From contig NC_069000.1 of assembly GCF_001194135.2 (NCBI RefSeq), forward strand, positions 6,701,646 to 6,758,974: a stretch of 57,329 nt of DNA. Reading direction: 5' to 3'. Source of the stretch: Octopus bimaculoides (lineage: Eukaryota). A program made the position numbers and the translations under genes. Positions within the stretch are counted from its first letter, which is position 1; each line of letters opens with the position of its first letter. The notes beneath the pieces are model-generated. The model saw nothing but the letters and a program-made list of their open reading frames with translations, had not been told where the DNA came from and made no database searches. Positions 45,521 to 57,329 of this stretch are shown here, piece by piece.

Positions 45521-48500
45521 TCAGGGAGACCTAATATTTCTTTTATATATCAAAGATTTTAAGATATGTGGTGCAGGCAAATTTTCTCGTAAAATATCAT
45601 TGAAAGTATTGCAGTTTCCTGGTTGTTGAAAGTTTTGATCAATTCTCTTATTGTACAAATGCCATAATTCTTTTAGCAAATCTTCAAGAACCAAATTCGT
45701 TGTGTTCTTAGCAATCATTCGTAATATAAAAAACCCATCATTCCGCAGATAATCAGTTGTGAAATGCTTGAACATTTTCTTACCATCAGCCTTTATAAGT
45801 ATATTTTTAGAGGGGCTCAAATGGTGCAAAACATATTTACTCTGACGTTTGGAAAAGATTGCACGATAAATCCATAGTACAACATTTGCACATGTAACCA
45901 CAGCAACAAAGATTAACCAAAACCAAAGAAAAATGAATATTTTTTCATTGAATAGATTAACTGGAAGAACACATTGGAGAGTGTAGAGATGAATGTTCTG
46001 TAACTGCCTTAATTCTAAATCACAGAGAGTCACACGAGGAAACCTTGCAGATCCTTTTGAAGGAATTGTGCGAAAAATATCATAGGGTGTAAAATTGTCT
46101 GAGAGGAATGCATTCAATAAGAAAAACTGTCCAATGACATTTACAGTGAACAAGAATTTTACGAAGATATAGAAGCTGATAAAATATGTCCCTTCCTTTT
46201 TTGAAAACGGAAGCCAAGAAACATTTAAATTTCTTCCTTTTATTGTTACTACACGGTGCAACTTCCGTTTCCAGCAGCCTTCCAACCACATGTCAATGAA
46301 ACAAGCAATATTTCTTATATTCATCTTATACTTTTCTGGCGACTCTAACAGAGAGCTCTGAGCCAAAGCAATGATTTTCTTTAATCTAATACCAGACATT
46401 GAGTTCACAAATCTCCATACCATATCAGGAGTCTAGAAAAACAAAAAAAAAACAAAAAGAAAAGAAAAAACAAGACATAAATAAATAAAAATAGTAATAA
46501 ATTGACTTTCAAAAAAAATACATAAAGTGCTGATGCCATGTAAAAAACATCCAGTCCACACTTTAAAGTGGTTGGCATTTGGAAGGACATCCAGCTGTAA
46601 AAACCTTGCCAAAACTGACCTCGCTTGTGCTTGTACCACGTAAAAAGTACTCTGTCCATTCTGCTGAATGGTTGAGGCTAGGATGGGCATTCAGTCTTAA
46701 AAACCCTGCAAAAACAGACACAGAAGTCTGGTGCAAGCTCCTGCCAAATCATCCAACCGATGCCATCATGGAAGGCGGATATTAAATGATGTTCATGATG
46801 TTTCTTTCTTATATTTCTATTATTTTTCTGCAAAACTATCCACCAGTAACTTAGGGTAGCAGAACAGATTAACATCCATAGACAGGGTGTTGGGGGCTAA
46901 ATTTGAGTTTGCATAAAGGGAAAAGAGAACACAATATCCCATCTAGCAATAAAAGTATTTTAAAAAGTCGAAAAGAATCAACTAAATTATGGCTGGGAAA
47001 AACCAGTTTACTCAAAGCAGCTGCCCTCAGCTTCATCACAGCCTCAAGACAGCTCTGGAACCTGGCACTATGTCCCTGGGGAAGACCTTTCATCACCTCC
47101 TTGATCTTGGCCACCAGCTCAGCTTCAGTGTTGCAGACAGAATGGTTGGTGTCTTTCTCAGCCACATTGCACAGATAGTAACCCATGGGGTTACAACTAG
47201 GGGAATTAAGAGGCTAGAAATTGGGGCTGATGAAGTTGTAGAGTTTCTCCAACAAACGCTGTTGACTCTTTGTGAACCCTGTTTCCAGCAGCAACCCTTT
47301 CCAGTCAAGGTTTGATCACAGTCTCCAGCAGCTCTGCGTAGTCATCTGAACTAACCCTAAGGCCCTCTTCCTGCAGTTGTTGTCCTATGACAACAATACA
47401 AAATGTCAGTGTTTCTATTAATAGATATTACTGGCATATGTGTAGTCTTTCTTGGAGGCAGAACTGGCAATTGTGAATGTCAGGTGAGTAAGTGCGGGGT
47501 GTTGAATATATTGTTTCATGATAGATGAATTGTTATTGAGATCTCAGAGTATCTAGATGAAGTGATGAAAAAGACAAGAAGGTTAAGTTTTCGTTTCCCA
47601 ACATCTGAAGGAGTGCATATGCTGTGCATATCTCTCCTTGAAGTAGTTGGCTGTCATTCCTGTGCAGTGTCTAGTAATACCATTCCTGTGTAGTGTCTAG
47701 TAATACCATTCCTGTGTAGTGTCTAGCAATACTATTTTCTCCTCCCAGTTGCAATATACTTGGTGACCCTGTCAGTGATGGTGCTACATATAAAGAACAG
47801 GTGCCAGTGGAACATAAAAAGGGCTGGTGCTGGTGTAATGTAAAAAGCAATGGTGCCATGTAAAAGCACCCAGTACATTCTGTATGGTGGTTGGCATTAG
47901 GAAGGGCATCCAGCTGTAGAAGCCTGGTACAGCTGCCAGCCTTGCTAGCACCTGTCAAACCATCCAACCCATGCCAAGATGGAGAGTAGATGTTAAATGA
48001 TTATGATGATGATGATGATATCACAAAATAAAAAAAAATAAAAACAAAGAAAAGAGAACTGTAAATGGTTCACCTTAAAAAGAGTTGCCATGAAAAGGAA
48101 AATAATAGGTGCCCACTGGTAATAAGTAACTTCTTCTTCTGTGCGACTTGTAGGGTCCGTAGGAATGGGGTACTTCATTCCAATATAGTAAGTGTTTGAA
48201 ACCCAACAATATGATTTCGCATAATTTACCTCTTGTTTTGGCCAGTTCGGAGGAGCTAGGCAATGGATTGGCTCTCCTATGAGGTAGGTAAATGTGACAA
48301 TAACAGCAAATATAATTAACAGAAATACAGTCCATGTATGGCTAATGGCACTACACAAATCCTCGTTAATTTCAGTCTGTGATACCAGCTTTTTTGCAAG
48401 GAAAGCAGCTCTGAAATAGAGAAATAAAATTGATTAATTAATTAATCAGTTAATTAAAAGCATGTAAATTTTTAAAGCAAAAAAAAAAATTAAAGTAAAT

Positions 48501-49103
48501 ACCATTGTTGCATTTTGTATCTTATCTTACACAATGGGCTTCATTCTGTTTCCATCTATCAAATCCATGCACAAGGCTCTAGCCAGCTTGGGACTGTAGT
48601 GGCACTATTGTTAATATGTCCGGAAAAATATCTCTTTACAACAAAGCAAATTATTTAAATCTCTTTCCTTAACCCTTTCATTACCAACTCGGCTGAAACC
48701 ACCTCTGGCTCTGAGTACAACCCAAACCCTAACCCTAATTGTTTTCATAAGTTTTGAATTAAAATCTTCCGCCAAACATTACTCACAATTTATGTTCCTA
48801 ACACTAGTTGAATGGTAACTAAGTTATTTTACTAAATTCTTTGTTATATTTAAAGTAATTGAAAGAAACACAGAGCATCTCAAAATAAGTACAGTAATGA
48901 AAAGATTTAATCAGGAGAGATCTCTGTGTAGGTCAGTTTGTCTGAAGTACGTTTTAGAAACTTCTTATTTCCTCCTCTACAAATGGAATGAAGAAAATTT
49001 TAAACTTTTTTGTTAAAAAGCAAAGCACAACAAAAATCATAGAAAGACTCAGGCAACTTACATGATGCTGGAGAAGCCATCCAACTGCTCCAAGGTGTCT
49101 GCT

Positions 49104-49151
<48 letters not shown>

Positions 49152-49609
49152 TGAGGGTAAAAACAATACCAGCAGTAATTGAAGCATTTATATATGAAAA
49201 GAAACATAGAAGCCATTTCAAGAGTCACAGCACTAAACAGTGCCCCCAAAATAGTTCTGCTAGGAGAATGGCCCACGTCTTGGGCAAGGCACTATCAATT
49301 CAATAGAATAGTTCAGAAAGAATAAACTTCATATATATAGCCCACACACTATACAATGCGCACCTAATAATCTAAACTTAACTTGAACAACATATACTCT
49401 ACAAGATTGAGGCCAAATAAAATCTCACAACTCACAGTCTATGCATCAGTACACACACCATATACAACGGAATGCACACCAACATAACAAGAGACAAGAA
49501 GCTAAAAAACTTCAGAACAAAACAAACTGATGTGGCACACAAACAGGAGTCTACAATCCCAGGAGAACAAAGAGGCACAAGATGGGAAATTCCCAAAGCA
49601 AATATAAAT

Positions 49610-49653
<44 letters not shown>

Positions 49654-51009
49654 ACTGGAACAGCAATAAAAATATTTGTCGCAAAAACAACAAATATAAA
49701 AGGTAAAAAAACTATTCAGGTGGACTAACAAAGCAAACATTTTTTCTAGTCTGCACGAATATGGAGGAAAACATGGGAAAGCATGAAATAGAATTCCCAC
49801 AATAACAGATCAAACATACACACATGCACACACAAACACATGCACGCATACATATGCACAAACATATGCATGTGTAAACATATACATGTGCATATATACA
49901 TCATCAATCATCACAATGCTTTAATGCTCACTTTTTCATGCTAGGAAAATCATGAAACAGCAGTAAATGGAATAAACATCAATTCTTTCACCTCACTTCC
50001 TACAGGAACACACCTTGATCGAAAAAAAAAAGCAGCGAATGACCTGCTCACCTAGCCAGCGGGTTGGCATCAACTCATGGCTAAAACAGCATTAGGAAAT
50101 GGGCCTCAGTACCCTGCACATCAATCTGATCACTCCACAGTGGTGGGGCATAATCTGAGTGACAAGAGGCTGCTGAGAATCTTATGCTGCAAGAAGCCGC
50201 TAAGGAAACTGACTAAGGCTACAACTGCAGGTCTTTTGGCAAGAGGGACCAGCTTGAACCTCCTGTTGAAGGGGAGAAAGAAAATCACTTGCAATGTGCT
50301 TGGGCTTTGTGAGACATGACAAAAGAGTTGAGAGCTAGATGGTCGAATGGAAGCATCTTGGGACTGGGTTGTGTAGAAGGTCCCAGAGCAATCGGTGGCA
50401 AAGGTTTTGTGATCAGCAAGGAATGAGCTGAGGAGGTTATCTCTTGCTACTTCGTTTCTACATGAATAGGTGTGCTGAACGTTCAAATCTCAAAGAAAGC
50501 AACCTTGGAGATCATCCAGATGTAGGCTCCCACTTGTGCCAATGACAATGAAGTGGGGGAATTCCATCTTGACCTGGAGCATGCTCTAACGAGCAGATCC
50601 ACCTACACTGTCCTGATGGAGGATTTCAATGCCAAAGTCAGAAAAAAGACGACAAAGGTGAGAAGTACGTGGGAAGATTCAGGCTCAGGGAGAGAAATCA
50701 GAGAGGAGAACATTTACTCACCATGACAGAGTCAAAAAGGTTGTACATCAACAACAGCCTGTTCAAAAAAAGGGCCAGGAACAGATGGACCAATCTTTGC
50801 CTGCACAAGGTGGTGGTCACCTGTGTTGAACAGCGTGTTCTACAGAGACATCTTGTAGAATATGCCTTTTATTGACCAGGATGTAGTCAATCTCATTTCA
50901 GTCCCTTACTTGAAAATTTTCACTTTTTCCACATCTTTCATTTTCTTTTGGTAAACTTTCTCACTCACCACAAAAATCTATTGTTCATGCTGAGTGTTTG
51001 TATGTTTCT

Positions 51010-51046
<37 letters not shown>

Positions 51047-53473
51047 CATGTTTGTAAGGAATTTCATTAGGGTGACAGAGTAATTTAAAAAATGGTATGT
51101 AAAAGATAATTTATTTTAATAGCATACTTTTCTGTTAGAAAATATATTTTTTCTTGCACACACATGGACTCGCTTGATACGGAATGGGGTTAGAGGCTTA
51201 AATAAATTTATTTGTTGTTGCTTTCACCCCCTATAAAAACATATTGTTCATGCTGAGTGTGTATATTTGTATGCATGTGATTAAAAAAGGTAAGTAAAAG
51301 GTAATTTATTTTAATAGCATAATTTTCAGTGAGTAAATGTGTTTTTTCTTACACATACACATGTGTGCGTGGGCTCACTTGATGCAGGGTGAGGTTAAAT
51401 ATTTAAATAACAAATTTTTTTGTTATTACTTAAATCGCAGCAATTAACCACTACGTCATCGTTTTGTAAAATGTTTATGGGGAGAAAAATATAGAAAAAC
51501 ATCAATACACATTAGAGTGACAAAGAAACGAGGAAGATACCAGGTGGTCGTGGGGTGTGATACAAACACCAACTAAATCTCTCTTAAATCACCTTTTCGT
51601 CTGAAAGTTATTTTGAAATTATAAACAGAAAGAAATTGCAGATTTGGATTGTCTATATTTTAAAAGTATGATTATAAAAAATTTTTTTGCCAAAAGCCGA
51701 AATTTTAGGATTTATTTTTAATGAAAGAATTTTTTTTAAAATTTGCTATTGTTTTGAAATCACATTTCATTTTCTGTTGGAAAATTAAGGAAATTAGGAT
51801 TGTGATGGCATTTGCCGATTTCCAATATTTTTACCTTCAAGGCTTCAAAGGCTGTTTTTAAGTGTGCAGTGCAAAAGAAGAAAAAAAAAAAAAAAAACAG
51901 TCCAAAGTTGGTACTAATCTACAAACTTCAGCATGAATTAACTCCTTATAATCTGAAATGGTCCATAGTCACCCAAGCTGAACTGTACACTGGATATAAC
52001 AAGTGTGATCTCTGCATTGCTGATGTCTTCTCCATTATGCAATCCATGGATTATTTAAACAAACAAGATAGCAAGATTTTTACCTGTGGACACAAATTAT
52101 GCCATTCGTTCTCTAAGTACAAATTACAGCAATCCCTCTCACCATCCCCTAACTATCCCCCTTGCCCTTAACTGATATCCCTCAACATATCTTTTTACAA
52201 CATGCAACCTTTTAACCACCTTTATATTTTTTAAACTTTTTATTTATTCTATATTCTCCACCTGTTTTCCTTATCCTTCGTACTCTTATAAGTTTCCATA
52301 ACTTTTCTATCTGCACATCCCATCCGCACATGATAATATACAAATATCCACACATGTGCACATATCTACTAGTTTCTACAGATGCACAACATATACACAC
52401 ATGCATGCTAATACACACTCACATAATCTCAGATTTCAACTGTTACTACCATCTCTCACTTCACTGGCTGCCCCTAGATTTTAAAACTGAATTACTACTA
52501 GCAACTGGATGGGCAACACTAAGTCTACTAATTTGACCAAAAATACATTATCTTCCACCTCCCACTCCTTCACTCCCCACCCTATTCATTTCAAATACCA
52601 CTCCTACATCTTCATCCTTCTGATTCTGTTTAAATGGCTTTATAGAATGCTACAACATGTTTGCTTGCCTCTCCCTCAACAGAGTACATATGACTCCATT
52701 ATTGTTGGCACTCCGTCGTTTATGACGTCGAGGGTTCCAGTTGATCCGATCAACAGAACAGCCTGCTTGTGAAATTAACGTGCAAGTGGCTGAGCACTCC
52801 ACAGGCACGTGTACCCTTAACGTAGTTCTCGGGGATATTCAGCGTGACACAATGTGACAAGGCTGACCCTTTGAATTACAGGCACAAAAGAAACAGGAAG
52901 TAAGAGTGAGAGAAAGTTGTGGTGGAAGAGTACAGCAGGGTTCGCCACCACCCCCTGCCGGAGCCTCGTGGAGCTTTAGGTGTTTTCACTCAATAAACAC
53001 TCAAAACGCCCGATGCGGGAATTGAAACCGCGATCCTATGACCACGAGTCCGCTGCCCTAACCACTGGGCCATTGCGCCTCCATATGACCCCAGTATACA
53101 TTCATAAAGACATCTCCCCAGCCATTTTAAATACCAAACCTTCTCTCCCCACCTGCCCCTCTTTACTCATATTCTTCTCTGTTACAAGCTTACCCCCTCC
53201 CATATATATATTTTTTTTCTATTTTTACTTCTTCTTCACAACTATGTTTTCCTCTTGAACTGTGCTTTCAACACATTTTGATCGAATCCCCAACAATTTA
53301 ACATGAGAACTCCTAACAACAATGTAAGCTTCATGTAATCAAACTATCCTTGACCCAAAGAGTAGCTTGTGGTCTACACCTCGTTTAAATAATTTACTAC
53401 TTCCAAGGTTCTGCTAGCTATGAAACATATGTAGGCTGGACTTTATCAACTCCATTCCCTAATTCTTGAATTA

Positions 53474-53541
<68 letters not shown>

Positions 53542-54433
53542 TAAACACATACATATGTGTCTGTGTGTGTATGTATGTATGTATGTATGTATGTATGCAT
53601 ATATGTATGTGTTTGCCTGAAATAGAAAGAAAGAGAGACTATGTATGCTTCTGTCTCCTTGTGTCATAGTAATAAATGAGTGTAACTGTGATGCAAGGAG
53701 TGGGGTTCATATCCTGTAATTTGGCAGAAACATGACAGGTCAGGTGGAAACATATATTACACACACACACATATAAGAAATTACAATGACTAAGGAATAA
53801 ACGATTATGTTATGAACTACATTAGCTTACAGTTGAATACTTGCCTACTACGTCTTATAGTAGAAACAGCTGTTAAGTTAACAATGTTTATAACATATTT
53901 GATTGTCCTTTCATCATTCTAATTTCTTGTAATCACTCCATATTTGACTGAACCTTCATTCTGAAGTATATGTCTATTGAGTTTGAACACCAGGTCATTA
54001 GTATCGCTAAGCCTAAGTAAAATACACACACATACAATGACAATCGCAACAACAAATATATGCATTATGGATATTATAAGCAAAGCAAGTCGATCGATTG
54101 ACTGAACTATTAGTTAAGCAGCTGATTAATTAATTGGTTAAGTGGTTGATTAGTTGACTAATTATGATAAAAGAAATTGAAGAGAACCAGTGAGTGTGTG
54201 TTTATTATTGGTATAATAACCGTCCCAAAAAACAACAAAATTTCTTTCAATACACCAGTTCATATTAAAAATCTTGCGAACCAAATAGAAAAATGATATA
54301 AATACGTTACACATACATATAGATATGTATGTATATTGGAGCCTGGTGTTGCCATCCGGTTTCACCAGTCCTCAGTCAAATCGTCCAACCCATGCTAGCA
54401 TGGAAAGCAGACGTTAAACGATGATGATGATGA

Positions 54434-54482
<49 letters not shown>

Positions 54483-54693
54483 TAGATAGATAGATAGATA
54501 GATAGATGATATACATACAAGCATACCTACACGCCTGACTTTGTTTCCTCATAACTTTCAGACAAAAATGGATATTTTTTTATTGAAATTTTCTTTTACA
54601 AACACCTTTCAGGTTTTGTGAATTATGATTATATTGGGACTTAATGTGAGGAAAAAATGTGGCATACAGACATACACACACTGACATACATCG

Positions 54694-54725
<32 letters not shown>

Positions 54726-54998
54726 TGTGTGCTTGTGCGTGTGTATCATCTGTGCTAATGGCAACCATTGTTGCCCAGATAGTTTTTGATTAAGAACAAT
54801 GCTTGGCTTTCGAATCAACAGTGTTTCCCGATCAAAAGTGACCGGGGTCTGAGCAATAACACCCGTTACTATAACAAACAATCAGTATGGCTAGAGCTGG
54901 ACATTTAGTGACCACCTCTTTCAACTCTATAAAATGGCTTCATATCAATGTGACAAATTAAAATATTAACAACAACAACAACAAAAACAATGATAATG

Positions 54999-55053
<55 letters not shown>

Positions 55054-55233
55054 TAATAATAATCCTTTCTACTGTAGGTACAAGGGCTTGAAATTTGGGG
55101 CGAGGGGTGAGTTGGTTACATTGACCTCAGTGTGTAACTGCTACTTATTTAATCAACCCCCGAAAGGATGAAAGGCAAAGTCAACCTCGGCTGAATTTTA
55201 ATATTAATAATAATGATAATAATAATAATAATA

Positions 55234-55271
<38 letters not shown>

Positions 55272-55849
55272 ATAATTTCATTTTTTTGCCACAAGGGTGA
55301 AGGATGAGGGGTACAATACAGATACAGACATAAAAGTGTTGGGGTTTATATATAATAATAATGAAATGATAAAAAAAAAGTATGCATGGTATACACTGGG
55401 AAAGAAGAGACATATGCATAGCATACAAAGGTAAAAAGAAACAAAAAAAAAACAAAGGTAAAAACAAAGGAGGCAGGGAGGATGATAAAGATGTGGCCCT
55501 CCTGATCCAGGAACGCCTCTAGGGATAATTGAGGAACCCCACTGTCTGAGATTTCCCTGAAACCCTAGAAGCAAGTGGCCTCTCTAATTCCTTCTCTCCG
55601 ACTCACAGGTCTACACTTAGAGAGGTACCATCCACTCTTGCCATTTTCGCAACTTTCACTCACATTTCAGTAAACTCACTCAAGGACCCGCACTTCACTC
55701 TCCACTCTCAATTTCCCTTTCGAGTGAATGGGAGCTCTACCAAAGAGGAATGTATCTGTCCTCATGCCTTTCGGCCTTGACCACCAAACAACCTCTTTCG
55801 CCATAGCCACCAGGCAAAGGAAAATTGCCTTGCCTGCCCGACTGAAGGA

Positions 55850-55918
<69 letters not shown>

Positions 55919-55923
55919 TAATG

Positions 55924-55954
<31 letters not shown>

Positions 55955-56046
55955 CAACAACAACTAAAATAATGATTTGAAATTTTGGTACAGAGCCAGC
56001 ATATTGATGGGACAAAATAAAAAACAACAATAATAATGATGCTGCT

Positions 56047-56077
<31 letters not shown>

Positions 56078-56078
56078 C

Positions 56079-56130
<52 letters not shown>

Positions 56131-56568
56131 GGTGGTGGTGGTGGTGGTGGTGATGATTTCTTTATTAACCACAAAGGGTTTACATTAAGAAAAACATTAT
56201 GGACAATAACAGGACAAAACAAGGAAAGAACAACAATAATAACAGCCTCAGATTTTGGCACAAGGCCAGCACTATCGGGGAAGAGCGTTAAGACGATTAC
56301 ATCGACCCTAGTATTCAACTGGTATTGATTTTATCGACGCCAAAAGGATAAAAGGTAAAGTCGACCTGGGCGAAATTTGAACTCAGAACGGACGAAATGC
56401 TTAGAGGCATTTCGTCCAGTGTGTTACCTGTTCTGCCAGCTTAATAGTAACGATTTTCTACGATAGGCACAAGACCTGAGTTATTTGAGATTAAATCGGC
56501 CTCCCCGCTGCTGATTAATGATATTTATAATAGAAATGTGTCGTAGAAAAACAAATCAACTTACCCAT
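45521..56568 (-). CDS. inx: Innexin (gap junction/hemichannel protein), divergent, 430 aa
   Basis: Exons (minus) 56568-56565 (gcaATG G|gtaagt), 49101-49062, 48410-48074 and 46432-45521; phases 1/2/0 consistent, 1293 nt. N-terminus MADTLEQLDGFSSIIAAFLAKKLVSQ. Motifs: GEPIHC, YCWVSNTY, YYQWAP, FPRVTLCD, QCVLPVNLFNEKIFIFLWFW, LRNDGFFILR; all four extracellular Cys present. The two large exons are secure; the two small 5' exons are less so (about 0.6). Confidence 0.9.
46880..47385 (-). mobile_element. maT (DD37D-family) transposon remnant with one TIR, in the innexin intron
   Basis: Minus strand reads LETVIKP*LERVAAG...PLNSPSCNPMGYYLCNVAEKDTN...RFQSCLEAV. TIR-like CAGGGTG at about 46886. Confidence 0.7.
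47655..47732. repeat. 26-bp tandem repeat x3
   Basis: CATTCCTGTG(C/T)AGTGTCTAG(T/C)AATAC repeated three times. Confidence 0.9.
48669..48910. mobile_element. piggyBac-like MITE
   Basis: TTAA|CCCTTTCATTAC ... GTAATGAAAAGAT|TTAA: imperfect TIR with TTAA flanks. Confidence 0.55.
50200..50795 (+). mobile_element. RTE-clade LINE apurinic endonuclease domain, degenerate
   Basis: Across stops and frameshifts: CNVLGLCET...LEIIQM*APTCANDNEVGEFHLDLEHAL...TVLMEDFNAKV...VGRFRLRERNQRGEHLL...NSLFKKRARNRWT, corresponding to the YAPT, GDFNAKVG and N.RGERL motifs of RTE APE domains. Confidence 0.85.
50979..51435. repeat. Diverged tandem duplication (about 260 and 195 bp units)
   Basis: Both units start TATTGTTCATGCTGAGTGT (50979 and 51242) and share TAATTTATTTTAATAGCATA and CTC.CTTGAT.C. 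Confidence 0.75.
51895..52125 (+). mobile_element. Penelope-like element C-terminal (GIY-YIG region) remnant
   Basis: IYKLQHELTPYNLKWSIVTQAELYTGYNKCDLCIADVFSIMQSMDYLNKQDSKIFTCGHK resembles the Y.IKWSI...A..Y...C.LC..E...LNKR.E...C.H tail of PLE ORFs. Confidence 0.65.
52707..53082 (-). mobile_element. Full-length-looking tRNA-derived SINE
   Basis: Minus-strand head GGAGGCGCAATGGCCCAGTGGTTAGGGCAGCGGAC...GGTTTCAATTCCC with A and B boxes and about 300 bp of body; CpGs retained. Confidence 0.75.
55610..55850 (-). mobile_element. Tx1/L1-clade LINE ORF2 C-terminal remnant
   Basis: IFLCLVAMAKEVVWWSRPKGMRTDTFLFG...KGKLRVESEVRVLE resembles the LAK..IW..R C-terminal motif of Tx1/L1 ORF2; abuts an (AAT)n tract. 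Confidence 0.5.
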
Positions 56569-57329
56569 TGCTGAAATGATTTGGGAAGTTCAATATATCC
56601 CAGTAACGATATCTTTCGCTTATTAAAGCATTGAAAAAATTATCTACTATCCGTTAAGATGATCATTGACTTTCTGCTATGAAACGTAATGCAAAACTGA
56701 AAGTAATGTTCATTTAATGTGATTCTGTTTTTGTACTTCTCGTTTGACCTCGATTTGTTAACAAAATCAGTGGAGTTATTTTCGTAGTTCTGGGAAATTA
56801 CAGCAGTTGAGTTTGTGATGTAACAAACCATTTAAAGATAGAAGAAACAATCAGATTGAGGAAACCTGAATATGTTTGCTCGGTCCGTTGGAAATGGGAG
56901 AAAAACTCCCTGAAATTACTTAACGACGTATTGTATTTAACAGGAAGAGCCGATCGTATGCGTGTGTTGTGTGTGTATCTGTGTGTGTTGTGTTGTGTGT
57001 GTTGTGGGTGTGTTGGTCGTCCCACAACCGTCACTTGACAACAGGCGCTGGTTTGTTTACGTCCCTGTAACTTAGGAGTCCAGCAAAAACGGATCGATAA
57101 AAGGAGTGCCAGGTTGAGAAAGAAGTAAATACTGGGGACGTTTTGTCTAATGATTGAAACAAGGAAAAGATAAAGAGTATGTAGTTATACATACATGCAC
57201 GCGCACACACGCGAACACGCGCACACGCACACACGCGCACACACTCACAAGCACACACACACACACACACACATATACCAGGATGGACAACAGACATTAA
57301 ATGATGATATATATATATATATATATATA

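Noticed and set aside
48724-48737. CCCTAACCCTAA telomere-like sequence
   Set aside because: Only two units, inside a MITE; not an interstitial telomeric array.
53008-53082. tRNA-like sequence with A and B boxes (also 23240-23310 and 30345-30430)
   Set aside because: No proper acceptor/anticodon cloverleaf, and each continues into a multi-copy SINE body.

Overview
This is a repeat-dense, gapped (N runs) animal genomic window. The SINE families and microsatellite load resemble an octopus/cephalopod draft assembly; that assignment is inference. I built three spliced genes by hand, each with phase-consistent GT-AG junctions: (1) a 174-aa calmodulin-like EF-hand protein (+, 7 coding exons, 17863-26880); (2) a 298-aa SLC25A20-like mitochondrial carnitine/acylcarnitine carrier (+, 9 coding exons, 32868-42253); (3) a 430-aa divergent innexin (-, 4 coding exons, 56568-45521), tail-to-tail with the carrier. 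The best novelty candidate is an intronless 208-aa ORF (11633-12259) with four hydrophobic segments and no family I recognise. It has a compact E-box/GC-box/CRE/ETS promoter cluster and a CTCF-like site upstream and AATAAA just downstream. The rest is microsatellites, tRNA-derived SINEs, decayed DD37D (maT) transposons, MITEs, and RTE, Tx1/L1 and Penelope fragments. Several pieces of an RLE-type LINE sit in TA/CATA microsatellites. An Illumina adapter remnant and an inverted duplicate beside gaps show assembly artefacts. No rRNA, bona fide tRNA or CRISPR array was found. All comparisons to known proteins are from memory; no searches were run.
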